Part shown: positions 1 through 10,270 of the stretch, one piece after another
How positions within the stretch are numbered: position 1 is the stretch's first letter
Layout of the letters: every line of letters begins with the position of its first letter
IMG/VR virus record: IMGVR_UViG_3300050014_000823
Coordinates: 186,001 to 250,000 of that record
Direction: 5' to 3' (one strand)
DNA length: 64,000 bases
Program-made: the position numbers and the translations under genes
Notes under the pieces: generated by a model
Seen by the model: the letters and a program-made list of their open reading frames with translations, nothing else
Database searches by the model: none
What the model was told of the DNA's origin: nothing

Positions 1-77
1 GGGTCGTTGTTATCATAGTCGTTTTTAGCAACTAAGTTTTTTCTGAATGGTACGCTGATATCTTCTAATCTGCTCAT
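1..77 (-). CDS. Partial CDS (N-terminus MSRLEDISVPFRKNLVAKNDYDNNDP), runs off the window start; hypothetical late protein
   Basis: ATG at 77-75, open to position 1, with a GTATTTATA motif upstream at 108-116. Confidence 0.6.
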   Translation of the reverse strand, partial: MSRLEDISVPFRKNLVAKNDYDNND

Positions 78-118
78 TTTATTTTGTTTTATATCTCAAT
101 TATTTACTATAAATACAA

Positions 119-904
119 TTAATCGTACTTTTTAAACGATAATGTTATGTATTCAATCAAATTTGGTACAATGTCCAGGTAATGCATTTCATCCACATCA
201 TACCAACCATAGTTTGTGTTTTCGGCATTATCTAACTCAATTTCAGTTGGGTCGCCCTCATATCGACAAGCAAAAACTGTTTCAATGCTCTCAGGATTCC
301 TTTGTATTGTGAAGGTCCTGACAAACTTATTAATTTCCAACCCAATTTCTTCAAGTATCTCTCTCTCAATAGCACGCTGTGGAGTTTCACCCTTCTCAAT
401 AGCACCACCAACCAATGCCCATTTCTCCGGCATCCAAGGTGCTTCTTTGCCTCTTTTCAACAGTAAAATCTTATTGTCGTTATTTACAATAACTGCAACG
501 GCATTTTTTTGTTTTTCTTCTTTCTTCTCTTTCTTTTCTTCATTCAGTGTTGGCATGGGACTATTCGGCATTAATTCTGAATTAGGATTTGATGTCATAT
601 CCTGCTTGGTTTCTTTTGACCTTGCCACACCTGCTCTATCTTGTGCTAATGAAGTTTCAATAAACTGTCTCATTGCTTCCCCACCAGCAAGGGCATATTG
701 TGTTTTATCATCAGTCTGTGGATTAAAATAATCAAAGAAGTTTTTAAGTCTTTTCATTGCTTGATATGTTAAATTACCGTTCTTAAGAATGAAATTAGCA
801 CGTTTAAGACCATTTTCATTCGAAGTGGATGCTTTAGCCACCGCAATACCATTAAGTACATTTGAGGGTATCCTATATGTCTTATCTTTGAGATATTGGT
901 TCAT
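119..904 (-). CDS. Nudix hydrolase with an N-terminal phage-type domain
   Basis: Canonical Nudix box GGAIEKGETPQRAIEREILEEIGL (GX5EX7REUXEEXGU) in the C-terminal half. Confidence 0.9.
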   Translation of the reverse strand: MNQYLKDKTYRIPSNVLNGIAVAKASTSNENGLKRANFILKNGNLTYQAMKRLKNFFDYFNPQTDDKTQYALAGGEAMRQFIETSLAQDRAGVARSKETKQDMTSNPNSELMPNSPMPTLNEEKKEKKEEKQKNAVAVIVNNDNKILLLKRGKEAPWMPEKWALVGGAIEKGETPQRAIEREILEEIGLEINKFVRTFTIQRNPESIETVFACRYEGDPTEIELDNAENTNYGWYDVDEMHYLDIVPNLIEYITLSFKKYD

Positions 905-1601
905 ATGCTTCTAAGATTTTGTTTATTCTGTTGATTTGGTCAAACTTTATTCTCAATAGAAAGTAGTTGTTTGATTCTGCAAAAGTATTTTTTATTTCAT
1001 CGTTAATTTTCTGGATTCTAAACTTATCAAGTCCACCGAAATGGTTATTAGCTATAAAGTGTTGTGCACCATCAAACTCTATTAATACGTTGTTCTCTGG
1101 AAGAAAAAAATCGAATGCAAGTTTATTTATATTTTTACAGTCATTAAATTTTTTCTCTCTTTCAAAAGCAATTGAATTATTTATTAAATATTTTGCAATC
1201 TCTCTTTCTCCGATAGATTCTGTACAACTGGGACAACCACATCCTTTTAAATGAGTATTTGGTTTTTGATTAAATTTTCCATGAATCGGACATAATATTT
1301 CTACATAAATATGTGCTGTTATATAGTTAACATTAGAATAATCATATCTATCTCCGTGAATTTCTTTTGCTTTAGTAATAAAATAATCAGTATTTTTTCT
1401 TAATTTCATTTTACCACACAATGGACAACCACAACCCTCTAAATGAGTATTTACTCGCTGTATGAATTCGCCATGTGTGGGACATGATATGATAATATTA
1501 TCGTGTGTATGTTTAAAATCAACCAAATCATACTCATAATAATTATTGTGCACAGCATTTGCTTTAGCAATAAACGCATCTATAGTTAATATCCTTGCCA
1601 T
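882..1601 (-). CDS. Putative homing endonuclease: DUF723-like zinc-binding repeats plus a PD-(D/E)XK/Vsr-like nuclease
   Basis: Two repeats of F..KA..HG..YDY...CP.HG.F.Q....HL.G.GCP.C, followed by FDFFLPENNVLIEFDGAQHF. Confidence 0.8.
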   Translation of the reverse strand: MARILTIDAFIAKANAVHNNYYEYDLVDFKHTHDNIIISCPTHGEFIQRVNTHLEGCGCPLCGKMKLRKNTDYFITKAKEIHGDRYDYSNVNYITAHIYVEILCPIHGKFNQKPNTHLKGCGCPSCTESIGEREIAKYLINNSIAFEREKKFNDCKNINKLAFDFFLPENNVLIEFDGAQHFIANNHFGGLDKFRIQKINDEIKNTFAESNNYFLLRIKFDQINRINKILEAYEPISQR

Positions 1602-2224
1602 TACTTTGCTTCGAGTAGATTTTTCAGTTTATCTTTAGATTCTTTATCAAGTTTGTCAATCAGGTCAGCAATTTTTTCAAGTTTCTTGTCGCCAATTTCT
1701 TTATCCTTGCTTTTACTTGCCATTTCATCTTCACTACGTTTCTCGATAACCCTATCTTCAACAACCGTAGCCTCATCAAGATTTTCAGGTTCTTTAAATG
1801 CATCTTCAAAGTGTTTTTCAACTACCTTAACAATTTTTCTTGCCCATTGGTCATCGAATTTCTGACATTCCTCAGTATGTTGACCCTCAGATGATTTTCT
1901 ATAATCTGGCTTTAATTTATTTGGATTTCTGTAGTAATGACCTAAAATATCAATAAATCTTTCGTGCATAAGTTGTGACAGGTCACGGAGTAATGCTTTT
2001 TGTTGTGAATTTTCTTCTTTTCCTTCCATGAATGGAAACATAGAAAAGCCAAAGCGACCCAACATATCATATCGAAATGGTTGTGTGCCTATTTTGGCAT
2101 TAATGTCAGTAGTACCATTGGCTGCAGTTTCTAAATCAGCACCTGATGTAGGCACGTCATTTTTTCCAATTAGGTCACCGTTAGAGTCTATGATTTCTAA
2201 TAATTCGCTCTTTTTGAATTTCAT
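1601..2224 (-). CDS. Hypothetical protein (late, charged; possibly head-associated)
   Basis: 207-aa ORF with a late-type motif upstream at 2240-2248. Confidence 0.7.
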   Translation of the reverse strand: MKFKKSELLEIIDSNGDLIGKNDVPTSGADLETAANGTTDINAKIGTQPFRYDMLGRFGFSMFPFMEGKEENSQQKALLRDLSQLMHERFIDILGHYYRNPNKLKPDYRKSSEGQHTEECQKFDDQWARKIVKVVEKHFEDAFKEPENLDEATVVEDRVIEKRSEDEMASKSKDKEIGDKKLEKIADLIDKLDKESKDKLKNLLEAK

Positions 2225-2279
2225 GATGCAATATTTTCATATAAATACTATTAAAATGCTAATACGCACCACGAAATTA

Positions 2280-5200
2280 TTATTCCGGACCATCGCCACT
2301 ATCATCGTAGCCAAAATCTGCAGCTTCTTCTTCCTGTTCGCTTTCCATGTTCTCCACATAAGTGTCGAATGCACCCATTGCTTCGGGTACTTCCACGAAA
2401 AGTTTATCCATAGTTATGTGTGCAGGAAGTCCAAATTGTTTCACAAAGCCGGGGAAGTGTAATATTCTTTTTTCTATCTTAGCTTTTAAATATTTATCCT
2501 TCTCAGTTTCAACATTAGCCTCTTCGAGATTTTTCAGTTTTTCTTGCTGTTCTGCTCTTTTTGTATCAAGTTCAAGTTCGATTTCACTCTTAGGTACTTC
2601 AACATTGTCTCTGATAATTTCCATGAAAATACCATTGAATTTACCCACATGATATTGGCTACCATCCTTAACGAGAACTAAATCACCCTTATCATATTTG
2701 TCATTAATTGACTTGATTTGTGGTTTACCGCTTGCTACCATTTTGTCGTTCAAGAACTTCAAAGCACCTTCGTAAATTTCGTAGTAAACTTTATCGTCTT
2801 CGTGCATCTTAAAACCATTCCACACAAGTCTTGGGTCATATCCGGTCTTATTCCAGAATTCCACTTCTTTAGGTTCGAGATACATTGAATCATCATAATC
2901 GTCACTGTCAAAGTTTTTAAGTTCGAGTTTTCCTGGTTCGTAACTACATTTAGTTATTTCCTCAATAGTACTTTTGTTGCCAAACTCATCTTTGACTTTC
3001 TTTTTCACAATCTTAGCAAGCATTGTATTAATTACCTCATCCTCAAAGCCAACAAGTATTGAACTAACTCTGCTGTTAAATGCATCAAGGTATTTCACGA
3101 CATTATAATAACCTGTCATTGTGGGATTCTCTTGAAGTTCTTCTGCACTAATTAAAGTAGATGCAAACCTGTCTTCACCAGTATCTTTGTCCTTAATTGT
3201 AGCTGAACTACCGTGAGACTTCAAATAACCTGTATTAACTTGGTATACAACAGAATCTAATTCGGGTTCGGGTGGCATATAATTAGCCACAAGTCTTAAT
3301 TTATCGTCCGATGTAAGTTTTTCTTCCTGCTTGGTGAAATTAATCTCTGCCTTATACTTTTCGAAAAGCGCATCAGCAATTCTATGACGTTTCTGTAGTA
3401 ATAACTCCATGTGTGCTTGCATTGCCTTATCCCTACCGTTCTTATCCTTACCTCTTTTCATGTAGGCATTTAAAGACATTTTAACCCTGTTCTTGGTTGC
3501 GATTTTCTTCAATGGAATTCTCTTATAGTATATGTCATCGACATAATCGTAGTAGTAATCAACAAACTCCTTACCCTTACCGTGGAGAATAAGTTCGAAA
3601 CCTTTGTCAATGAATTCTTCGATATACTCAGGCATTACTTTGGACTTAATTGTATTACCAGTGAGTTTGACTTTCTCTTTCATTTCACCTGTCTTTTTGT
3701 CTTTAACATTCGACAAGGTTGCATAGTTGATACGTGAAAGGTTCAAGCATGAAAGGAATTCACCGTCATTATCAACCGACATGTACGGTAATTTCATTTC
3801 CTCAGTGTTAAACTTTTTAATAAGTGCAGAAACACCTGTTTTACCACCATACTGCCACATATCCTCAATTAATCCCTCAGTTATTCCCTCAGTTATTCCC
3901 TCATCGGTAACTCTTATTGTGGTCCTGTCAGGAATATGGAAGTTTATACCGTCTGTTACAGCAAGCAATGCAACACAACCAAAACGATTGAACCATGTGA
4001 TTGCATGACGAAGTTCAAGACGACCTGCACAAGTAATACGAGCTGCACAAGTATTGTCCGACCAGTTGAATGACATATCCGAACCCAAAGCACCGAAAAG
4101 TGAGTTGTTCAAAATCTTAATAGGCAACTGCTTAACTTTAAACATTGCACGGTCCGCAGTGGTGAGAGTATCACTCAAATATTTTTTATGAACGTCAGGG
4201 TCAATCAGTTGTATCAACATAAGTTCTTCCTCGTTCAGTTTATCTGAATTTGCAAGTTTCTTATAAATGTTACGAGTAGTTGTAAGATACAACAACATTT
4301 TTCTGATAACACCCGTGATGTCGAACATCGGGAATATGTTCCAAGTTAACTGGAGCATAGGGTAAAGTGATGCGTAGTCAATCTTAACAAGTCTCTGTGT
4401 AAAACCAACCTTATAACATCTTGCAAGACCACCCGAAAAGTTTTCTTTCACATCGGAATGTGGAATAGCAAGGTCATTCTCATAACTCCATGCAGTCAAA
4501 AGTAAGTTCCAGATTGCAGCCGTACCCATAGTACAAACTCTCTGATAGGTAGTTGGTACAATCTTAGCCAACATGAATGCTGACTGATTATAAAGTTCAT
4601 CGACCTGTTCTGTTTCCCAAAGGTCATCGAGCAAGTAATTCTTAACAAGATTTTTACCACCGATAAAGGTTGTCATTTTCTTTGGGGCAGCTTCTGCTCT
4701 GAACCACTGAACAAATCCCGGACATTCATCAAGGCATTGAGTTCTTAATCCAGCATATTCTATATCTGAAAGATTGGCTTTATTTGCTTGTATTCTGTAT
4801 AATCTTCTTGAACATGTTTGAAATTCATCGGGTATCTGCAAATAATCGTTGGTTTCACTGACAAGAAACATTTTATTTTCAGTATAGTATCTGCCGATTG
4901 CATTGTCTTCTCCGGGAATATATGTTCTGTTCGGTCTGGCAATCTTCTCATGCTTGGCGATATACTTCAAACCATTTGCTTTGATTTCCGTGTTTACTGC
5001 AGCGGTTTTCTTAACAGCATGAATGATATCAATGACTGAAAGTCCCCACATTTCGGTTGCAGTAAACTTCTCAGCAGTATTACCATATTTTACTGAAACA
5101 TTGGGTCTTCTTTTAATATAGGTGTCTTTCTTTAATGTGGTTTGAAGTTTACCCATATTCATTTTGAGTTCCTTTGCCCTACCGAGAATAAAATCAAAGT

Positions 5201-5975
5201 CAAATCTCTCTGAATCATATCCACTGATAACCGCAGGTTGAAGATAAACTACCAAGTTAAAGAAGTCCTGTATAAGTTTTATTTCGGCATCGTCATCATT
5301 CGACTTCTCAACTTCTAATATTGTTTCAAAGCCACGATTGTCTCTTACACCAATGGCGAAAACTCTTGCTCTCTGGTATCTTAAACCTGTGGTTTCAATG
5401 TCAAAAGTAACCTTATGAACTTGTTTATATTCTTCGAAACCTTTAAAGAGTCTTGATTGTGTTGAAATAAAGAACTGTTCAACTATTCTTGGTGCATAAA
5501 AGAATTCCCTGTAAAGATAAATTGGTTCACCCTTTGCATCCTTAACCTCATTACCGTCTTCGTCATGAAGTTTTTCATATGGATAAACTCTACCGTCCTT
5601 TAAAAACTCAATAATGTGATTATATGATTTGCTGCTTGTTATCTTGAAACAATAACCATTTTTCATTCTCTTATGACCACCAGTCTTAAGCGGGGTAATT
5701 GTTATACCATGCTTAATCATCATATTAGGAAGAATGTCGGGGTCATGGGCATATAACTTTAACTTGTTTGGAGTTAAAGACAAGTCCTTCATGTACATGA
5801 AAGGAATATATGTTACAGGACGTATTTCGGGAGATTTGCCTGGCTCATGTATAATACACTGAGCAATATTGGTATCGGGGTCGGTTTCAACGTTAACCAA
5901 ATACTTTAATTCGTTATTATAGCCGTCAAGGAATTCCTTGATTTCGGTAATAATTGCCGATTTGTTTTCTACCAT
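2280..5975 (-). CDS. Family B DNA polymerase with 3'-5' exonuclease domain
   Basis: ExoI DIETTG, ExoII YDSERFDFDFI, ExoIII YLLDD, motif A DYASLYP, motif B KILNNSLFG, motif C variant AVTDG. Confidence 0.93.
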   Translation of the reverse strand: MVENKSAIITEIKEFLDGYNNELKYLVNVETDPDTNIAQCIIHEPGKSPEIRPVTYIPFMYMKDLSLTPNKLKLYAHDPDILPNMMIKHGITITPLKTGGHKRMKNGYCFKITSSKSYNHIIEFLKDGRVYPYEKLHDEDGNEVKDAKGEPIYLYREFFYAPRIVEQFFISTQSRLFKGFEEYKQVHKVTFDIETTGLRYQRARVFAIGVRDNRGFETILEVEKSNDDDAEIKLIQDFFNLVVYLQPAVISGYDSERFDFDFILGRAKELKMNMGKLQTTLKKDTYIKRRPNVSVKYGNTAEKFTATEMWGLSVIDIIHAVKKTAAVNTEIKANGLKYIAKHEKIARPNRTYIPGEDNAIGRYYTENKMFLVSETNDYLQIPDEFQTCSRRLYRIQANKANLSDIEYAGLRTQCLDECPGFVQWFRAEAAPKKMTTFIGGKNLVKNYLLDDLWETEQVDELYNQSAFMLAKIVPTTYQRVCTMGTAAIWNLLLTAWSYENDLAIPHSDVKENFSGGLARCYKVGFTQRLVKIDYASLYPMLQLTWNIFPMFDITGVIRKMLLYLTTTRNIYKKLANSDKLNEEELMLIQLIDPDVHKKYLSDTLTTADRAMFKVKQLPIKILNNSLFGALGSDMSFNWSDNTCAARITCAGRLELRHAITWFNRFGCVALLAVTDGINFHIPDRTTIRVTDEGITEGITEGLIEDMWQYGGKTGVSALIKKFNTEEMKLPYMSVDNDGEFLSCLNLSRINYATLSNVKDKKTGEMKEKVKLTGNTIKSKVMPEYIEEFIDKGFELILHGKGKEFVDYYYDYVDDIYYKRIPLKKIATKNRVKMSLNAYMKRGKDKNGRDKAMQAHMELLLQKRHRIADALFEKYKAEINFTKQEEKLTSDDKLRLVANYMPPEPELDSVVYQVNTGYLKSHGSSATIKDKDTGEDRFASTLISAEELQENPTMTGYYNVVKYLDAFNSRVSSILVGFEDEVINTMLAKIVKKKVKDEFGNKSTIEEITKCSYEPGKLELKNFDSDDYDDSMYLEPKEVEFWNKTGYDPRLVWNGFKMHEDDKVYYEIYEGALKFLNDKMVASGKPQIKSINDKYDKGDLVLVKDGSQYHVGKFNGIFMEIIRDNVEVPKSEIELELDTKRAEQQEKLKNLEEANVETEKDKYLKAKIEKRILHFPGFVKQFGLPAHITMDKLFVEVPEAMGAFDTYVENMESEQEEEAADFGYDDSGDGPE

Positions 5976-5977
5976 AA

Positions 5978-6337
5978 CTATTTTTTAATTGTTTTTATTA
6001 GTATCTTTCTTCGTTTGTCAAAGGAATATATCGTGTCATTAATATGACACTGATTGCTTAAAAGTACTGCTTGAGGATTCTTTGGTAATACACCAGAGAG
6101 CCATAATGCTGAAATAATGTTATTACCAATTATCTGATAATGCATGTCAGTCTTTTTAATTTTAAAGTCCAAATATACTAAATCTTCCCGATTCTTCAAG
6201 AAGTTTTCAAGAATTAACGTAAATATTGTATTTAATTCTTCCTTGAACTGTTTATCCGAAACGTCAACACCTATTGCAATCATCTGCAATAATGTATCAC
6301 GCATAGGATTCTGACCCCACACATATTCACTTCCCAT
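5978..6337 (-). CDS. Hypothetical protein
   Basis: ORF coupled between the helicase and the polymerase; ATG at 6337 overlaps the helicase stop. Confidence 0.7.
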   Translation of the reverse strand: MGSEYVWGQNPMRDTLLQMIAIGVDVSDKQFKEELNTIFTLILENFLKNREDLVYLDFKIKKTDMHYQIIGNNIISALWLSGVLPKNPQAVLLSNQCHINDTIYSFDKRRKILIKTIKK

Positions 6338-8114
6338 GTTTTGCCTTAATTTTCGCAATTAAATCATTAATAATACTCTGATTAATGTCCGATTCATATT
6401 TTTCTCCATCAATTACTTGTGAAAGTTCTGCTCGCTTAGATTCAATTAAGTCGAATACATATTCATCAATAGTATCTTTATATATGAAATAATACGCATT
6501 AACTGCATTTTTTTGACCAATTCTTAAAATCCTATATATTATTTGGTCTGCATCTGAAGGAGTCCAAGGCACTGTAATAATACCAATTTTATTTGCTGCA
6601 GTCAGTGTAACACCTTCAGAAATGGTTGCTTGAGAACCTAATAAAAGTTTTATTCTTCCATTTTCGTCTTGAAAATCTTTTAATATTTCAGCACGTTCAG
6701 TATCTTTTTCATTTCCCGTATGTAGTGCAGATTCTTTGGGATATGATTTATTTAATTCACACAAACTATCTTTATAAAAATCTACCACAACAAATTTTTC
6801 ACCGCATTCTAAAATAGAATCAATTAATTCTTTCACGCCATCAACTTTTAGATGTGAAGTATATTCTCGTAATTTACTTAATACTGCTAATGGATGTGTA
6901 ATTATTTTATCTGTGAATTCATTGGCAACACCCTCTTCAATTTTGAAATATGTTTCATATTCTTTTGGTGTCATTTCCAACATAATTCTTTGTGTTGTTT
7001 TTTCAGGTAAGTCTTTAATGACTTCTTCAAGTTTTTTCCTGTATGTGAAAGGAGCAATTTTATTAAATAATTCTTCAAATTTTGTCATACTTATATCTGT
7101 TTTCCATCCCAAGCCATCGACATTATACTCCATACCGCAATAATACTCATTAAAATATTTCTTTGTAGCAAAATCAGTTGGCGATATTTGGTGCAATACA
7201 CTATATAATTGATGCGCACGAGATTTTGCGGGAGTCCCCGACATAAACACTTTTGATGCTTTACCATTCGTAAAGATATCATCCTTAAATATTCTTTTAA
7301 ATGCTTTGTATGTATTTGTCTTGGTTGAAGCAATACGATGACACTCATCTACAATCAAACAGTCAATTTTTCCTATATTTAATTTATTAAATTTATCTTT
7401 TACCTTATTAAAATCAGACGAATTAAAATAATCGTAATTGACAATAATAAACTTGGCATCTTCGAGACTACACTTGTTTTTTTTACCGATAATAAAAGAG
7501 GTTGAATTTGTAAATTTTTCAATTTCATTGCGGTAATTAAATTTTAGAGAATTTGGCGTAATTACAAAAACTTTTTTAAAGCCATTCATTTCTGCATAAG
7601 TTATTGATATTAAACTTTTTCCTGACCCCATTCCTAATGCCAATAACGCATTTCTAACTGCATTTAAAAACATGCTACCTACGATTTGATGAGGATATAA
7701 ACGAATTCCCGGCTTCAAAAACCTATGAATATCTTCACTATATTTCTCATATGTCGTCTCTAATTCTCTCTTATATTGTACCCAATGCTCTTTCTTAATA
7801 TTAAGGTCGGCAATAAATTTGCGTTTTTCTTCTTCAGCAATTTCAATTTTACTAATTTGATTTATAAAAATTTTACGACTTTCGTCACTGCCGAAATCAA
7901 AATAGATTTTCTTAGAACTCCTATACTTCTTAATAAGAGACAATAATGAAGCTGTGGTTACTTCCCAAACCATCATACTTGAATTCCATTTTCGAGTCTC
8001 TTCGGGTAAACTTTTTATTTTTTCAATAAGACCTTCATTATATGAAAATCTAAGATAGTATGCCTGTCTTTTGGCAATTCTTTCACAAGAAACTACAAAT
8101 AATAATTGTTGCAT
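6327..8114 (-). CDS. SNF2-family helicase with an N-terminal HARP-like domain (SMARCAL1-like)
   Basis: Walker A GMGSGKS, DECH, SGTP and QIIYRILRIGQ motif VI; N-terminal FSYNEGLIEKIKSLP..RKW...W is HARP-like. Start moved to ATG 8114, downstream of the promoter. Confidence 0.88.
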   Translation of the reverse strand: MQQLLFVVSCERIAKRQAYYLRFSYNEGLIEKIKSLPEETRKWNSSMMVWEVTTASLLSLIKKYRSSKKIYFDFGSDESRKIFINQISKIEIAEEEKRKFIADLNIKKEHWVQYKRELETTYEKYSEDIHRFLKPGIRLYPHQIVGSMFLNAVRNALLALGMGSGKSLISITYAEMNGFKKVFVITPNSLKFNYRNEIEKFTNSTSFIIGKKNKCSLEDAKFIIVNYDYFNSSDFNKVKDKFNKLNIGKIDCLIVDECHRIASTKTNTYKAFKRIFKDDIFTNGKASKVFMSGTPAKSRAHQLYSVLHQISPTDFATKKYFNEYYCGMEYNVDGLGWKTDISMTKFEELFNKIAPFTYRKKLEEVIKDLPEKTTQRIMLEMTPKEYETYFKIEEGVANEFTDKIITHPLAVLSKLREYTSHLKVDGVKELIDSILECGEKFVVVDFYKDSLCELNKSYPKESALHTGNEKDTERAEILKDFQDENGRIKLLLGSQATISEGVTLTAANKIGIITVPWTPSDADQIIYRILRIGQKNAVNAYYFIYKDTIDEYVFDLIESKRAELSQVIDGEKYESDINQSIINDLIAKIKAKHGK

Positions 8115-8136
8115 GAAATTTATTACAATTGTGGTG

Positions 8137-8167
8137 CAAATATAATAATAAAAAATGTAAATACAAG
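8137..8167 (-). promoter_or_regulatory. Bacteroidota sigmaA-type promoter (TTG-N19-TATATTTG) for the helicase-polymerase operon
   Basis: caaatata at 8137-8144 and caag at 8164-8167 on the + strand. Confidence 0.65.
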
Positions 8168-8176
8168 AGATATTAA

Positions 8177-8205
8177 ACAATTACCACGTATTTATAGTAA
8201 ATTGT
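8177..8205 (+). promoter_or_regulatory. GTATTTATA late-type motif in the loop of a hairpin upstream of the GIY-YIG gene
   Basis: acaattac-cacGTATTTATA-gtaaattgt, ending 8 nt before ATG 8213. Confidence 0.55.
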
Positions 8206-8212
8206 ATCTGCT

Positions 8213-9109
8213 ATGAATAAATGGAATTTTGAATCATGCAAAAATGAAGCATTAAAATATAAAACTAAAGGTGATTTTTTTTTAAATTCTGGTAGTGCAT
8301 ATAATGCTTCTCGAAAAAATAAATGGCTTGATGAAATCACCAAACATATGATTATATTTAATAAACCAAACAATTATTGGACTTTTGATGCCTGTAAAAA
8401 TGAAGCATTAAAATATATAACAAAAATTGAGTTTAGAAATCAGTCCAGTTCTGCATATCAGACTGCGAAAAGAAAAAAATTTTTAAATGAAATATGCGGT
8501 CATATGATACCATTAGGTAATCAACATAAGAAATTAATATATTCGTATGAGTTTTCGGATAATTATGTATATGTTGGTTTAACATATAATATCATAAAAA
8601 GAAATTGGGAACACTTAACTGATATTAAAAGTCCCGTCTACAAACGCATATTAAAAACTAATATAATGCCAATTCATAAAATATTGATAAATGAATTTGT
8701 TGATGTTAATGAGGCAAAAACATTGGAAAATTATTGGTACGAGAAATATAAATCAAATGGATGGAAAATGTTAAATAGGGCGAAAACGGGTGCATTGGGT
8801 GGAAATAAAATTTATTGGACTTTTGAGAAATGTAAGGAGGAAGCATTAAAATATAACACAAAATATAAATTTATTAAAAATTCTGGTTCCGCATATAATT
8901 CAGCACTAAAAAACAATTGGCTTGATATAATAACAACACATATGATTAAAACCCAGAAACCCACAGGATATTGGAATATTGAAAGATGCCATGACGAAGC
9001 AGTTAAGTACCAAAGAAAATATGATTTTCAAAAAAATTCACCAAGTTCTTATTCTGCTGCAAGTAAAAGGGGGTGGATTAATATAATTTGTGGTCATATG
9101 CATCGTTAA
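8213..9109 (+). CDS. GIY-YIG-like homing endonuclease flanked by ~52-aa tandem repeats
   Basis: IYSYEFSDNYVYVGLT...R..H...LE...LN; four repeats of W.FE.C..EA.KY....F...S.SAY..A....WL..I..HM; inserted opposite to its neighbours. Confidence 0.8.
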   Translation: MNKWNFESCKNEALKYKTKGDFFLNSGSAYNASRKNKWLDEITKHMIIFNKPNNYWTFDACKNEALKYITKIEFRNQSSSAYQTAKRKKFLNEICGHMIPLGNQHKKLIYSYEFSDNYVYVGLTYNIIKRNWEHLTDIKSPVYKRILKTNIMPIHKILINEFVDVNEAKTLENYWYEKYKSNGWKMLNRAKTGALGGNKIYWTFEKCKEEALKYNTKYKFIKNSGSAYNSALKNNWLDIITTHMIKTQKPTGYWNIERCHDEAVKYQRKYDFQKNSPSSYSAASKRGWINIICGHMHR

Positions 9110-9507
9110 ATAACAGTAGTCTTAGTAATTGAATCTGATATCAGTATATTTATCTGACCATCAACAGGAAATTTAATTTTACCACAACCACCATTATTGC
9201 CTGACGGAATAAAATCGACTACAAATTCTCCCAAGTATCTTCCTGGCTTAGAGGTATTGCCTAATTTAAACCTATAAATTAACGCATAGATAAAATTGTT
9301 TGGATATTGTGGTCTAAGTCTGGTATATTCAATACTTGCAGGAACGTTGGCAATTCGATATATTCCCGTTTCAGCATCTATCATAGAAAACGTAACTGCC
9401 ACATTTGTGAGCATTTCATCGGTAATATCGTATTGTTCTCTTATGTCTTGAGTAAGATGATATTCTAATTCCGGAAGTGTACTGTCTTTTTTTATAAAAA
9501 AATTCAT
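9106..9507 (-). CDS. Putative baseplate/structural protein (BppU N-terminal-like)
   Basis: MNFFIKKDSTLPELEY...VTFSM...GRYLGEF pattern; last gene of the virion cluster; late motif at 9524-9532. Confidence 0.55.
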   Translation of the reverse strand: MNFFIKKDSTLPELEYHLTQDIREQYDITDEMLTNVAVTFSMIDAETGIYRIANVPASIEYTRLRPQYPNNFIYALIYRFKLGNTSKPGRYLGEFVVDFIPSGNNGGCGKIKFPVDGQINILISDSITKTTVI

Positions 9508-9509
9508 AA

Positions 9510-10235
9510 TTAATTATATTTAGTATAAATACCATCGACTAATATTGTTGTTATTGCATTTCTGAAAATATCCCAAGTACCTTGTGTTAATACCAATCCA
9601 CTTTCAGCCATTCCAGCACCTGCATAATCATTGGTTGACATTATATAATCCAAAATTCCCGATTTTTTATCACCAATTGCAATACCGAAACGACCCAATT
9701 GCGTGAATTCATATATTAAACTTTGTGCATCATCAAACAATTTTTCACCATCCGTCAATGAAACATATTGTGGAACAACAAACTTTATATAGTATGTTCT
9801 CAGATTACACGCTTCAAGCAATTTTGCGTGATATTTATGCCAAGACATCAGAACGAATCCCTGTGCTTGTTGTTGAGAATAACCCTTTGACATTAAATAA
9901 ATTACTGCATCAGTTGGATTATCGCTGATATAATGTTTAATTGCAACATCTTTTTCAACATTAGTCATGTTAGACCATCCCTTTGCCTTACATAGGTCTC
10001 TGATTTCAAAACGAACAACCATATAGTCATTTGCAGTAATTTCACCACTGGCATATCCTTGTTTCCAAACACTACCTACTTGCCAAATTCTTTTGATTTT
10101 CCAGTTTCCCTTTGCGGGGTCACTGAAACTTCTTGATGTGCCAATATAAATGTTAGTATTTGACACTTGGTCAACCAATACGGTTGGTTCTGTGTTTATT
10201 GGCTGAAAGTTGATATTTGATTCTTCTAATGGCAT
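9510..10235 (-). CDS. Hypothetical virion-associated protein
   Basis: 241-aa ORF with a late motif at 10251-10259. Confidence 0.65.
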   Translation of the reverse strand: MPLEESNINFQPINTEPTVLVDQVSNTNIYIGTSRSFSDPAKGNWKIKRIWQVGSVWKQGYASGEITANDYMVVRFEIRDLCKAKGWSNMTNVEKDVAIKHYISDNPTDAVIYLMSKGYSQQQAQGFVLMSWHKYHAKLLEACNLRTYYIKFVVPQYVSLTDGEKLFDDAQSLIYEFTQLGRFGIAIGDKKSGILDYIMSTNDYAGAGMAESGLVLTQGTWDIFRNAITTILVDGIYTKYN

Positions 10236-10270
10236 GGCTTTAAATTTTAATATAAATACTTAGATTTTTT

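Noticed and set aside
2280-5975. Intein in the long DNA polymerase
   Set aside because: No C/S...HN-C/S/T splice junctions or LAGLIDADG motifs recognised
9510-10235. Possible chimeric fusion of two genes near GYASG/EITAND
   Set aside because: The change in sequence character is suggestive but cannot be supported without homolog alignments
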